IMG/VR virus record: IMGVR_UViG_3300020042_010196
Location: 1 to 46,985 of that record
Reading direction: 5' to 3' (one strand)
DNA from: a virus
Taxonomy: Duplodnaviria; Caudoviricetes
DNA: 46,985 bases
In this document: positions 1 through 8,323 of the stretch, in pieces
Layout of the letters: each line of letters starts with the position of its first letter
Position numbering within the stretch: the first letter of the stretch is position 1
Notes under the pieces: generated by a model
Databases searched by the model: none
Told to the model about the DNA's origin: nothing
The model's input: the letters and a program-made list of their open reading frames with translations, nothing else
Position numbers and translations under genes: made by a program

Positions 1-1
1 G

Positions 2-2035
2 CATAATGCCTCTTTTGACTGTCGTTACACTAAGAACTTTTATGCAGTAGACCTATTAGAGGATCTTTGGGTTGATACAGCTTTGCTTGTGCACACAGTA
101 CAAGAAGAAGGATCAGGCATGGGTGTATTTGGATTGAAACCCTTAGCTATCTCAATCCAGGAACACATTGGGTTAGATGTACAAGAAGCAGCCAATAAAG
201 AACAGATTGAGTTAAAAGAATCAATCAAAGCTAATGGTGGTTCAATTACAAAAGACAACTACGAGATCTTCAAAGCAGACATGGACATTCTTTCTAAGTA
301 TGCTGCTGCCGATACTGATTTAACTTTAAGACTTTGCAATCACTTTTTGAAAGTACTTAAAGAAGAAAACCTAGAACAATTCTTTTTTGAAGATGAGGTT
401 ATGCCTTTATACAAAGAAGTAACAATTCCAATGGAAGAGTTGGGAGTTGATTTAGATATTGCACTTTTAGAAAAGACAAGAGATGATATTACAAATGACT
501 TACAAAGCAACAAGAAAATTGTAATAGATAGTATCCTAGCAATCCCAGAAGCAAAAGAGTGGGTAGTAGATACAGCATTATCAACTTACCCACCTTCTAA
601 CAAAGGTAACTGGGCACAGAACTTAGTTGCACTACACTCACTTTGTTTACCAAGAAGTGATAAGACTGGTAAGTATTCACTAACTAAAAAAGAGATTGAC
701 AACTTAGATAATAGTAATCTAAAACAATTTTTACTGACAGGAGATTTAAAACTACTAGATGAAATGGAAGTAGTTAGAATCTCTATGTCAATGTGGAAGG
801 ATGACAATGATGGTGACTACCTAAACATACAATCTAAGAAACACTTAGGTGAGATTGCTTTCAAGTATATGGGAATCAAACCTCTTACTCAAACTAAGAA
901 GGGTCAAGACCAATTTGATATGGATATGTTAGAGGAGCTATCAAAAACATACGAATGGGCTGAGAATCTACGTATCTACAACAAGTTAGTTAAGATTAAG
1001 TCTACTTACATAGATAGGTTCTTAGATGGTCAGGAAGACGGTAAATACTACTTCTACTTCAAGCAACACGGTACAGTATCAGGACGATATGGTTCAGATG
1101 CTCAACAGCTACCTAAACCTAAAGAACAGGGAGAGGATGCACCAATTATTGTTCACTACAACAATATGGTTAGAGCATTCCTAACAGCAGGTCCAGGTAG
1201 AAAGATTGTAGATGCGGATTATGAATCACTAGAACCTCATTGCTTTGCTTCGGTAACAGGAGACGTTGCACTACAAGAAATCTTTAACAATGGATGGGAT
1301 TTTTATTCTACAGTTGCAATCAAAACTGAGAAGTTAGATCAAGACACCAAACGTTTTCCTAACGGAGTATCACCAGATAAGAAAGCACCTAACTACTTAA
1401 AGAACTTAGATGCACCTGCTCGTAATAGAGCTAAGCCCTATTCATTAGGAATTGCATACGGAATGGAAGCCTATGCTCTAGGTATGACATTGGGGATCAC
1501 ACAAAAGGAAGCTGAGAAACTTGTAGAAGGTTACTTAAATGGATTCCCACAACTAAAAGAGTGGAGAGTTAATTCTAGGAATCAAATCAAGACTCATGGA
1601 TACATTGTCAATAAGGTAGGACGTATTCGTCATTTACCTAAAGTAAAACAGATCTTTGATAAGTACGGTGATCAGTTAATGGATTGGAAGTTTAGAAAAG
1701 AGCTTGAACAGCGTTATGGAAAGGAAGCAGTAACTCAAATGTATCGAGACTATCGAAATGGATTGAACAACTGTTTAAACTACCAACTACAATCACTAGC
1801 AGCTGCGGTTGTAAACAGAGCAGCAGTAAAAATAAACAGAAAGCTAAAAGAGTTAGGAATAGATGGTAGAGTACAGGCTCAAGTTCATGACCAGTTGATC
1901 ATAAATGTACCTGAGCACCAAGCAAAAGAGGTAGCTCCAATCATCAGAGAGATAATGGAAACAACAACAAAGCTTCCAGGAGTAACACTCAAAGCACCAC
2001 CAGAAATTGCAAACAATTGGTATGAGGGACATTAA
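2..2035 (+). CDS. polA: Family A DNA polymerase (phage Pol I), 5'-truncated by window edge
   Basis: Frame open from nt 2 (HNASFD = ExoII motif). Also YAAADT (ExoIII), TVSGRYGS, motif A DADYESLEPH, motif B RNRAKPYSLGIAYG, motif C QVHDQL. Confidence 0.97.
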   Translation, partial: HNASFDCRYTKNFYAVDLLEDLWVDTALLVHTVQEEGSGMGVFGLKPLAISIQEHIGLDVQEAANKEQIELKESIKANGGSITKDNYEIFKADMDILSKYAAADTDLTLRLCNHFLKVLKEENLEQFFFEDEVMPLYKEVTIPMEELGVDLDIALLEKTRDDITNDLQSNKKIVIDSILAIPEAKEWVVDTALSTYPPSNKGNWAQNLVALHSLCLPRSDKTGKYSLTKKEIDNLDNSNLKQFLLTGDLKLLDEMEVVRISMSMWKDDNDGDYLNIQSKKHLGEIAFKYMGIKPLTQTKKGQDQFDMDMLEELSKTYEWAENLRIYNKLVKIKSTYIDRFLDGQEDGKYYFYFKQHGTVSGRYGSDAQQLPKPKEQGEDAPIIVHYNNMVRAFLTAGPGRKIVDADYESLEPHCFASVTGDVALQEIFNNGWDFYSTVAIKTEKLDQDTKRFPNGVSPDKKAPNYLKNLDAPARNRAKPYSLGIAYGMEAYALGMTLGITQKEAEKLVEGYLNGFPQLKEWRVNSRNQIKTHGYIVNKVGRIRHLPKVKQIFDKYGDQLMDWKFRKELEQRYGKEAVTQMYRDYRNGLNNCLNYQLQSLAAAVVNRAAVKINRKLKELGIDGRVQAQVHDQLIINVPEHQAKEVAPIIREIMETTTKLPGVTLKAPPEIANNWYEGH

Positions 2036-2048
2036 TCAAAATGTCCCA

Positions 2049-2055
2049 TATTTAT
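2049..2055 (+). promoter_or_regulatory. TATTTAT late-type promoter motif (one of about 9 copies)
   Basis: Same motif is intergenic at 5391, 9519, 26921, 32197, 39966, 40035, 45356 and 45651, often just after a terminator and shortly before an ATG. Late function is inferred. Confidence 0.55.
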
Positions 2056-2089
2056 TAGATATTAACATACAGCAAATTAAAATAATATC

Positions 2090-2320
2090 ATGGCAGGAGC
2101 AGCAGCATTTTATTCAGGAAGTTTTAACTTTAGTACCGAAGGAGGCTTTGGAGGATTCATAGCAACACAACAAACAGTAATAGATGCAGTAACTTGGGGA
2201 CTAGTATCTGGAAGTGCTCCAGTAGTATTAAATCCAAAACTAACAATTGCAGCCGGAGTGAACATGTCAGTTACTTTTGCAACATTAGTTGGTACAGGTT
2301 CCATTGTAGCTTACAAATAG
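2090..2320 (+). CDS. Small Gly/Ala/Thr/Val-rich protein, possible virion component
   Basis: 76 aa ORF with A-rich leader, downstream of TATTTAT motif. Confidence 0.7.
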   Translation: MAGAAAFYSGSFNFSTEGGFGGFIATQQTVIDAVTWGLVSGSAPVVLNPKLTIAAGVNMSVTFATLVGTGSIVAYK

Positions 2321-2350
2321 TTGCATTATTAAAATAAGTTTCGTATATTA
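2321..2350 (+). promoter_or_regulatory. TTGC-N19-TATATTA promoter for groES/groEL
   Basis: Same spacing as copies at 8272, 12914 and 46078; resembles Bacteroidota -33/-7 promoter. Confidence 0.7.
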
Positions 2351-2380
2351 TTAAAATAAGTTATTAATTAAATTAAGTTT

Positions 2381-2686
2381 ATGACAAAAGTGTTACAACC
2401 ACAGAACGATCGAGTTCTGATCAAACCTGTTGAATCAGGTGAAGAAATGTACGGATCAATCATTATTCCGGACATGGGAAAAGAAAAGCCCGAAATGGGA
2501 GAAGTTATTGCAGTAGGTCCAGGCCGACAATCTGAGTTCGGTGGATGGTTAGAAGTTAAAGCTAAAGTAGGTGACGTAGTATTGATTCCCAAGATTGGTT
2601 CAATGAGAATTGATTTTGAAGGACAAGAGTACTTTATTACACCAGACCGAGAAATTTTAGCAACAGTTGTAGAATCACAAAATTAA
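2381..2686 (+). CDS. groES: Co-chaperonin GroES (Cpn10)
   Basis: LQPQNDRVLIKP, GSIIIPD, GEVIAVGPGR, KVGDVVL; directly upstream of groEL. Confidence 0.97.
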   Translation: MTKVLQPQNDRVLIKPVESGEEMYGSIIIPDMGKEKPEMGEVIAVGPGRQSEFGGWLEVKAKVGDVVLIPKIGSMRIDFEGQEYFITPDREILATVVESQN

Positions 2687-2688
2687 TT

Positions 2689-4320
2689 ATGGAAAAGAAA
2701 ATCAGTTTCGGAAAAGAAGCCAGAGAGAAATTACTTTCAGGAGTAGATCAGTTAGCAGATGCTGTAGTAGCAACCTTAGGACCTTCAGGTAGAAATGTAT
2801 TCATTGAAAAGCAAGGAGAACCTATCTCAACAAAGGATGGTGTAACAGTTGCAGAAGAAGTACATTTATCTGATCCAATTGAGAATGTAGGAGCACAAGC
2901 AGTTAAACAAGTTTCAATCAAGACAGCAAAGAATGCTGGAGATGGAACAACAACAGCAACTTTACTTGCAAGAGAAATTTACAAACAAGGTCTTTCAGAA
3001 CTAGAAAGTTCAAATGCAGTAGAAGTTAAAAGAGGTATTGATATTGCAACCAAAGCAGTAGTTACTTACCTAAAAAAAGAATACTCAAAAGACATTACCG
3101 AGGAAGAGCAATTGAAACAAGTAGCTACCATTTCAGGTAACAATGATACCGAAGTAGGTAGTTTAATTGCAACAGCAATGGATAAGGTAGGTCGTGATGG
3201 TGTAATCACTATTGAGGAATCTAAAACAGGAGAAACATATCTTGAGACAGTTGAGGGTATGCAATTCAATCGAGGATACAAATCTCCTTACTTTGTTACA
3301 GACAACAACACAATGACCTCAGTATTGAATGATCCTTTAATTCTTATCACAGATAAAAGAATTCAAACAATCAAAGAGTTACTTCCATTACTAGAATCAG
3401 TATCACAACAAAACAAAGCACTTCTTATCATTGCAGATGATATTGATGGAGAAGCTTTATCAACATTGGTTGTAAACAAGATGCGAGGTATCCTAAACGT
3501 AGTAGCAGTTAAGGCTCCTGAGTTTGGAGATAGAAAGAAAGCTATGTTGGAAGACATTGCAACCTTAACAGGAGGTGCAGTAGTATCAACAGAGAAAGGA
3601 ATGAAGTTAGATAAATTCAATCCAGAATGGTTTGGTAAAGCACGAAAAGTAACAGTAGGTAAAGATGAGACAACCATTATCGATGGTAAAGGATCAGAAG
3701 AAGCTACTACACAACGTATTGAAGAGTTGAAAGAACAAATTGACAATACAGTTTCACCTTACGAAAAAGAAATCTTACAAGACAGGTTAGCAAAACTTAT
3801 TGGAGGAGTAGCAATGATTCATGTTGGAGGTCATACAGAAGTTGAAATGAGAGAGAAAAAGGATCGAGTAGATGATGCTCTTCATGCAACTAAAGCTGCC
3901 TTAGAGGAAGGCATCCTTCCAGGAGGAGGAGTAGCACTACTCAATGCAGCATTCCACTTAAGAGAGAATCCACTAGTAGCATCACATCCAGATCAGGAAA
4001 AAGGATTTGATATTGTGATGCGAGCAATCAGAAAACCTTTTGAACAAATCCTACTTAACGCAGGAGAGACTCAAGAGACAATCGATGAGCGTGAAGAGTA
4101 CCTAGTGAATGGAGATAAGTGGGTAGGATTCAATCCAAGAGTAGGACAATACGTTGACATGCTTAAGGAAGGAATCATTGATCCAACCAAAGTAACACGA
4201 TTGGCTTTAGAGAATGCAGCATCTGTTGCAGGAACAATGTTAATCACAGAATGTGTTATATCAAATGTAAAACAAAAAGATGAACCAAAAGGAGAAGTTA
4301 ATCCTATGGACTTCATGTAA
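2689..4320 (+). CDS. groEL: Chaperonin GroEL (Cpn60)
   Basis: TLGPSGRNV, TKDGVTVA, AGDGTTTAT, EGMQFNRGYKSPYF, GIIDPTKVTR. Confidence 0.98.
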   Translation: MEKKISFGKEAREKLLSGVDQLADAVVATLGPSGRNVFIEKQGEPISTKDGVTVAEEVHLSDPIENVGAQAVKQVSIKTAKNAGDGTTTATLLAREIYKQGLSELESSNAVEVKRGIDIATKAVVTYLKKEYSKDITEEEQLKQVATISGNNDTEVGSLIATAMDKVGRDGVITIEESKTGETYLETVEGMQFNRGYKSPYFVTDNNTMTSVLNDPLILITDKRIQTIKELLPLLESVSQQNKALLIIADDIDGEALSTLVVNKMRGILNVVAVKAPEFGDRKKAMLEDIATLTGGAVVSTEKGMKLDKFNPEWFGKARKVTVGKDETTIIDGKGSEEATTQRIEELKEQIDNTVSPYEKEILQDRLAKLIGGVAMIHVGGHTEVEMREKKDRVDDALHATKAALEEGILPGGGVALLNAAFHLRENPLVASHPDQEKGFDIVMRAIRKPFEQILLNAGETQETIDEREEYLVNGDKWVGFNPRVGQYVDMLKEGIIDPTKVTRLALENAASVAGTMLITECVISNVKQKDEPKGEVNPMDFM

Positions 4321-4341
4321 TATTAATTAAATTAAACAAAA

Positions 4342-4509
4342 ATGAACAAACAAGAATTATTCGAAAAGATCGATGCATTGTATCAAGAATTTGTTGCAGA
4401 GCATAGTGGTACAACCAAAAAGTCTCAGGCCAACGCACGTAAGGCAATTGGAGAGGTTAAGAAATTAATCACAGAGTACCGACAAGTATCAGTAGCAGAG
4501 ACAAAGTAA
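4342..4509 (+). CDS. Histone H1-like (Hc1-type) small basic protein, not in ORF track
   Basis: 55 aa MNKQELFEKIDALYQEFVAEHSGTTKKSQANARKAIGEVKKLITEYRQVSVAETK with A-rich leader. K-x5-ARKA-x3-[VL]KK-x4-[YF]R-x2-S pattern as in Bacteroidota Hc1-like proteins. Confidence 0.7.
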   Translation: MNKQELFEKIDALYQEFVAEHSGTTKKSQANARKAIGEVKKLITEYRQVSVAETK

Positions 4510-4527
4510 TCAGCACAACACTAGAGT

Positions 4528-4575
4528 TGAGGGGCGCGCAATCTCCCCTCACCGAAGGTGTGACGCGCAAATTTT
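4528..4575 (+). promoter_or_regulatory. GC-rich structured leader (hairpin plus CGCGCAAATTT motif)
   Basis: TGAGGGG/CCCCTCA stem, loop CGCGCAATCT, downstream GACGCGCAAATTTT; related element at 34496-34540. Confidence 0.45.
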
Positions 4576-4582
4576 AACAATT

Positions 4583-4852
4583 ATGACAGAATTAATAGTA
4601 AAAGTAAGCTTTGGATTGGCAATATTTTTTATTGCAATCTACTACAGTACAAAGTTCCTAGCCAAGAAAGCCCACCCCGAGACTCAACTTACCGATGTAA
4701 CACCACAAGTAAACGAAGATCTTCACAAGGAAATTGAGAAGGAATTATTCAATACCGAGCAACGTAAGGTAGAGAAGAAGGAATCAAAACCAGAATTCCC
4801 TATTGACAAACCAAAGAAAAAGAGAAAGTACTACCCTAAAAAGAAACAGTAA
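4583..4852 (+). CDS. Membrane-anchored hypothetical protein with basic C-terminus
   Basis: N-terminal hydrophobic helix; tail KPKKKRKYYPKKKQ. Confidence 0.75.
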   Translation: MTELIVKVSFGLAIFFIAIYYSTKFLAKKAHPETQLTDVTPQVNEDLHKEIEKELFNTEQRKVEKKESKPEFPIDKPKKKRKYYPKKKQ

Positions 4853-4853
4853 C

Positions 4854-5096
4854 ATGTCTAATTCAAGAGCAAAGTATTTGGAATTGATGGAGCAAGATGC
4901 AACAGTACCTCAATCGGATCACCAAAGAGGTGTCACAAGAATTGTGGAGATATTGCAAAGAGCTAAGAAAGCTAAAATGAGATCAGACTTGCTAAAGCAA
5001 GTGGTTAAGATATCTAGTGAGGCACCACAACTATCACCAGTCACCGTGTTTCAAATCGCAGCCGATGTGATAAAGGTAGATGAAATATGTAATTAA
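4854..5096 (+). CDS. Hypothetical protein
   Basis: ATG at 4854 just after upstream stop (MSNSRAKY...); preferred over TTG at 4803. Confidence 0.7.
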   Translation: MSNSRAKYLELMEQDATVPQSDHQRGVTRIVEILQRAKKAKMRSDLLKQVVKISSEAPQLSPVTVFQIAADVIKVDEICN

Positions 5097-5112
5097 GTAA
5101 ACTAATAAACAA

Positions 5113-5340
5113 ATGGAACAACAACCTAGATTAAATCTAACGATCGATCAAACATTACCAGTGGAGTGTGAGAAATGTAACCACACTTACTTTGAAGAGG
5201 CTTTGCATATTCGAAAAGCATCAGGGCTCTTGACAGGTACTGGACAGACAACATACATGCCCATCCCAGTATTTGCTTGCAAGGCCTGCGGCCATGTTAA
5301 TACTGAGTTCTTGCCCAAAGAGCTAAAAGACTTGGGTTAG
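5113..5340 (+). CDS. Zinc-ribbon protein
   Basis: CEKC...CKACGH. Confidence 0.8.
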   Translation: MEQQPRLNLTIDQTLPVECEKCNHTYFEEALHIRKASGLLTGTGQTTYMPIPVFACKACGHVNTEFLPKELKDLG

Positions 5341-5361
5341 TACTTGTGTACAACATACTAC

Positions 5362-5385
5362 AAAGAGCCTTCGGGCTCTTTTTTT
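5362..5385 (+). terminator. Rho-independent terminator
   Basis: AAAGAGCC-TTCG-GGCTCTTT plus T run; cUUCGg tetraloop. Confidence 0.9.
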
Positions 5386-5479
5386 GTTACTATTTATAGT
5401 AGATCAATATAAATTAGTTTCTATGAAAAATTTGTTATCCGTAATTGGTTTTAAGTTAAACAACTTAATAAAATATATT

Positions 5480-5728
5480 ATGGCATTTAAAGACATTTTT
5501 AAGGACAACAATGACTACAATGAGAAAACTATCATTGGGTTTATCTCATTTGTAATGATGGTAATTGCAATGGCAGTTGATTTAGTAACAGGATACATGG
5601 GTAAGGAATTAGTATTAAATGAATACATCTTCAATGCATTCCTATATACAACCCTAGGATCCTTTGGTATTGCAGGATTGGAAAAGTTTGCTCCTAAGAA
5701 AAAAGATTCTGACTCATCTGAACAATAA
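5480..5728 (+). CDS. Two-TM membrane protein, holin/antiholin candidate
   Basis: Two hydrophobic helices, charged tail, heads the lysis module. In-frame alternative ATG at 5423. Confidence 0.65.
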   Translation: MAFKDIFKDNNDYNEKTIIGFISFVMMVIAMAVDLVTGYMGKELVLNEYIFNAFLYTTLGSFGIAGLEKFAPKKKDSDSSEQ

Positions 5729-5746
5729 CACCAAAAACAACAAGAC

Positions 5747-6067
5747 ATGTTCTCAGAAGGTGGAATAGTAATGATAGCAGGAATCCTATTAGGATTAGCT
5801 GTAATAGGTGCTTCAGTCTATTTTGTAAATAGACTATTTGCAAGTCATACTCAAGAAATTTTAGTACGATTTATCTTATTAGTATTTACTTCACTCGTAG
5901 CACTATTTATAGTAGATAAGGTGATAGCATGGCAGGTAAAGCTACTATCAGAGGAACAGAACAGCCAGTTATTTGATTTGATAAAGACCCTAGTACTAAT
6001 GATATTCTCATATTATTTTGGAACAAAAGAGGGTGTTGAGACTAATGAAGGTAAAAAAAATAAGTAA
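5747..6067 (+). CDS. Three-TM membrane protein, holin-like
   Basis: Three hydrophobic segments, FSYYFG, basic C-terminus, directly before endolysin. Confidence 0.65.
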   Translation: MFSEGGIVMIAGILLGLAVIGASVYFVNRLFASHTQEILVRFILLVFTSLVALFIVDKVIAWQVKLLSEEQNSQLFDLIKTLVLMIFSYYFGTKEGVETNEGKKNK

Positions 6068-6077
6068 AAATTAAATT

Positions 6078-6689
6078 ATGAGTTTAAAGAGTTTACAAGA
6101 AAAAATTGGAGTAACAGCCGATGGAGCTTTTGGCCCAGGTACAATGAAAAAAGCAATGGAGTTTTACAAACTAACTCCAGTTAGAGCAGCACACTTCTTT
6201 GCTCAAACAGCACACGAGACAGGTGGATTCAAAGCCTTCTCAGAAAATCTTAACTACTCAGCACAAGGCCTTCAAGGTATCTTTGGAAAATACTTTCCAG
6301 GTACCTTAGAAGAATGCTATGCTAAAAACCCTGAAAAGATTGCCAATAGAGTTTATGCCTCTAGAATGGGTAACGGTGATGAAAAATCAGGAGATGGTTT
6401 CAAGTTTAGAGGAAGAGGAGCTCTTCAATTAACTGGAAAGGATAACTACGCAGCATTTGCTAAATACTTACAGAAGCCTGAGATCATGACACATCCTGAG
6501 TTAGTTGCTACAACTTATTCATTTGAGTCAGCAATGTTCTTCTTTGATAAAAATAAATTGTGGGACATTTGTGATAAAGGAATCAACGATGCTGCTATCT
6601 TAGCTCTTACAAAAAGAATTAATGGTGGTACTCATGGATTGGAAGATCGAAATACAAAAACTAAAAAGTATTACGAATACGTGAAATAG
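6078..6689 (+). CDS. Endolysin, glycoside hydrolase family 19 with short N-terminal peptidoglycan-binding helix
   Basis: LQEKIGVTADGAFGPGT; AHFFAQTAHETGGF; ENLNYS; FRGRGALQLTGKDNY; TKRINGGTHGLEDR. Confidence 0.92.
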   Translation: MSLKSLQEKIGVTADGAFGPGTMKKAMEFYKLTPVRAAHFFAQTAHETGGFKAFSENLNYSAQGLQGIFGKYFPGTLEECYAKNPEKIANRVYASRMGNGDEKSGDGFKFRGRGALQLTGKDNYAAFAKYLQKPEIMTHPELVATTYSFESAMFFFDKNKLWDICDKGINDAAILALTKRINGGTHGLEDRNTKTKKYYEYVK

Positions 6690-6692
6690 GCT

Positions 6693-7184
6693 ATGGATAA
6701 TTTTGACTTGAGAAAGTTCCTAACAGAAAACAAACTAACAACTAGTTCAAAGCAATTAGAGGAGGGTGTTGTTCAAAATATAGTAGCAGCTGCTCTCATG
6801 TCACTAGGTATTGTAGGAGGTGTAAAAGGTCAAGAAGCTCCAAAAAGTGTACAGGATACAAATCAAATAACTTGGCAACAGATGACCCAACCACAAAGGG
6901 CTGCGGTTAAAACAGCATTAGTATCCAAAGGTGGATTTCAACTATTTCAAAAATATAAGGATTCAATAAGTACAGATGCTACAAATAGATTGAATGCTGA
7001 TTTTGCTAGAAGTGCTAATATGAAAGGTATGACAGTACCAGAGTACCAAAAGTATTTAAGACAGAATGCTGGGAAGAAAGATCAACCTGTAGATGGATTA
7101 AACACTTGTAAGAGTGATGGAGGTAAGGGTAGTTGTACAACAGGAATTAAATCCCAAAAACGCACAATAAAAGATATACAATGA
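6693..7184 (+). CDS. Probable virion-associated protein with N-terminal propeptide and internal signal-like segment
   Basis: MDNFDLRKFLTENKL...QLEEG, then hydrophobic VVQNIVAAALMSLGIVGGVKG/Q. Confidence 0.7.
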   Translation: MDNFDLRKFLTENKLTTSSKQLEEGVVQNIVAAALMSLGIVGGVKGQEAPKSVQDTNQITWQQMTQPQRAAVKTALVSKGGFQLFQKYKDSISTDATNRLNADFARSANMKGMTVPEYQKYLRQNAGKKDQPVDGLNTCKSDGGKGSCTTGIKSQKRTIKDIQ

Positions 7185-7606
7185 AAACTTCCCTAACACT
7201 AACACTATCCTTGTCAACAGCATTAGCCTTTGTAGGTACATATTTTTTTAACCTTACAGTAGACAATGCTGAGCAATTCTTATCAGTTGCACTCATTATA
7301 TTTGTAGATGGGTTCTTTGGGGTGTGGGCAGGAATTAAAAGAGAAGGTTTTCAAACTTGCAAAGCAATTAAAGTACTAAAGACATTTGGTTTTTGGACAC
7401 TAATGCTTGGTTGTATCTTATCAATCGAAAAAGGATTTCAAGGAACAAGTTGGTTAAGTGAAACAATCATGGCACCATTTATGGTATTCCAATTAATTTC
7501 TATTCTAAAAAATGCTTCGATGGTTGGAATAATAAAAAATGAATTAGTAATTAAGATCCTAGATAAATTAGATCAACATAAAGGAGAAAGAGATGTTACA
7601 GAATAA
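7181..7606 (+). CDS. Phage holin family protein
   Basis: Multiple TM helices with D-x3-G-x2-A (VDGFFGVWAG) and LISILKNA patterns; lysis context. Confidence 0.75.
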   Translation: MKTSLTLTLSLSTALAFVGTYFFNLTVDNAEQFLSVALIIFVDGFFGVWAGIKREGFQTCKAIKVLKTFGFWTLMLGCILSIEKGFQGTSWLSETIMAPFMVFQLISILKNASMVGIIKNELVIKILDKLDQHKGERDVTE

Positions 7607-7946
7607 ACAAAACATACTACTGGTTGTAATAGCGTTGCTACTTTGTTATAACCTATTTACTACAAATGGAATTAAGACTGACGTAAAAGGTTATAAAGAT
7701 AGGATAGAAGCTATCAAAACCAAAGTAGACTCAGCCCAAGTAGTAAACAAACAAATTGATACTAAGATCGACTCAGTAAAAGAGAACGTGGTTGCAATTA
7801 CAAAAGAAATCCACCACATAGATAATACAATAACAATCGTAAAAAATCAAACAAATGAAAAAGCTAATAGTGCTGGTAAGTTTTCTAATGTTGAGCTTGA
7901 ACAGTTTTTCGCAAGTAGATACAACCAAAGTTTGTATACCTACTAA
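7593..7946 (+). CDS. Inner-membrane spanin-like protein
   Basis: N-terminal TM then coiled-coil-like periplasmic region; follows holin. Confidence 0.6.
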   Translation: MLQNKQNILLVVIALLLCYNLFTTNGIKTDVKGYKDRIEAIKTKVDSAQVVNKQIDTKIDSVKENVVAITKEIHHIDNTITIVKNQTNEKANSAGKFSNVELEQFFASRYNQSLYTY

Positions 7947-8259
7947 GACAGCAAGACTTGTTGCTCAAGACTTAATCCGATATGATGGATGTAAGCAAGA
8001 GGTAAAACTTCTAGAAGAAAAAATAGTTAAGTTGGATGAAAGAGATGAACAGAAAGATACTATCATCGATCTATTAAATACTAAAGACGACAACAATCAG
8101 TACATCATCCACCAACAAGAATTACAAATAGGTCAGTACGAACATCTAACAGATGATCTACAAAAAGAATTAAAAGGACAGAAGGTCAAATCGTTCTTAT
8201 GGAAGGCAGGAACCTTTGTAGGAATTTTAACTTCATCGTACCTCCTCATTACAAAATAA
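7855..8259 (+). CDS. Overlapping spanin-partner-like secreted coiled-coil protein
   Basis: Overlaps previous gene by 92 nt; signal peptide MKKLIVLVSFLMLSLNSFS/Q, coiled coil, C-terminal hydrophobic segment. Confidence 0.6.
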   Translation: MKKLIVLVSFLMLSLNSFSQVDTTKVCIPTKTARLVAQDLIRYDGCKQEVKLLEEKIVKLDERDEQKDTIIDLLNTKDDNNQYIIHQQELQIGQYEHLTDDLQKELKGQKVKSFLWKAGTFVGILTSSYLLITK

Positions 8260-8266
8260 ATCAATT

Positions 8267-8301
8267 AAGGCTTGCTTTCGCAAGTCTTTTTTATTATATT
8301 A
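8267..8301 (+). terminator. Terminator hairpin fused to a TTGC-N19-TATATTA promoter
   Basis: AAGGCTTGC-TTTC-GCAAGTCTT plus T run; TTGC 8272, TATATTA 8295. Confidence 0.75.
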
Positions 8302-8323
8302 TAGTTATACAAAATTAGTTATT

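Noticed and set aside
2-2035. Intein or group I intron in polA
   Set aside because: Frame is continuous; the thumb insert lacks intein C/S...HN ends and is too short.
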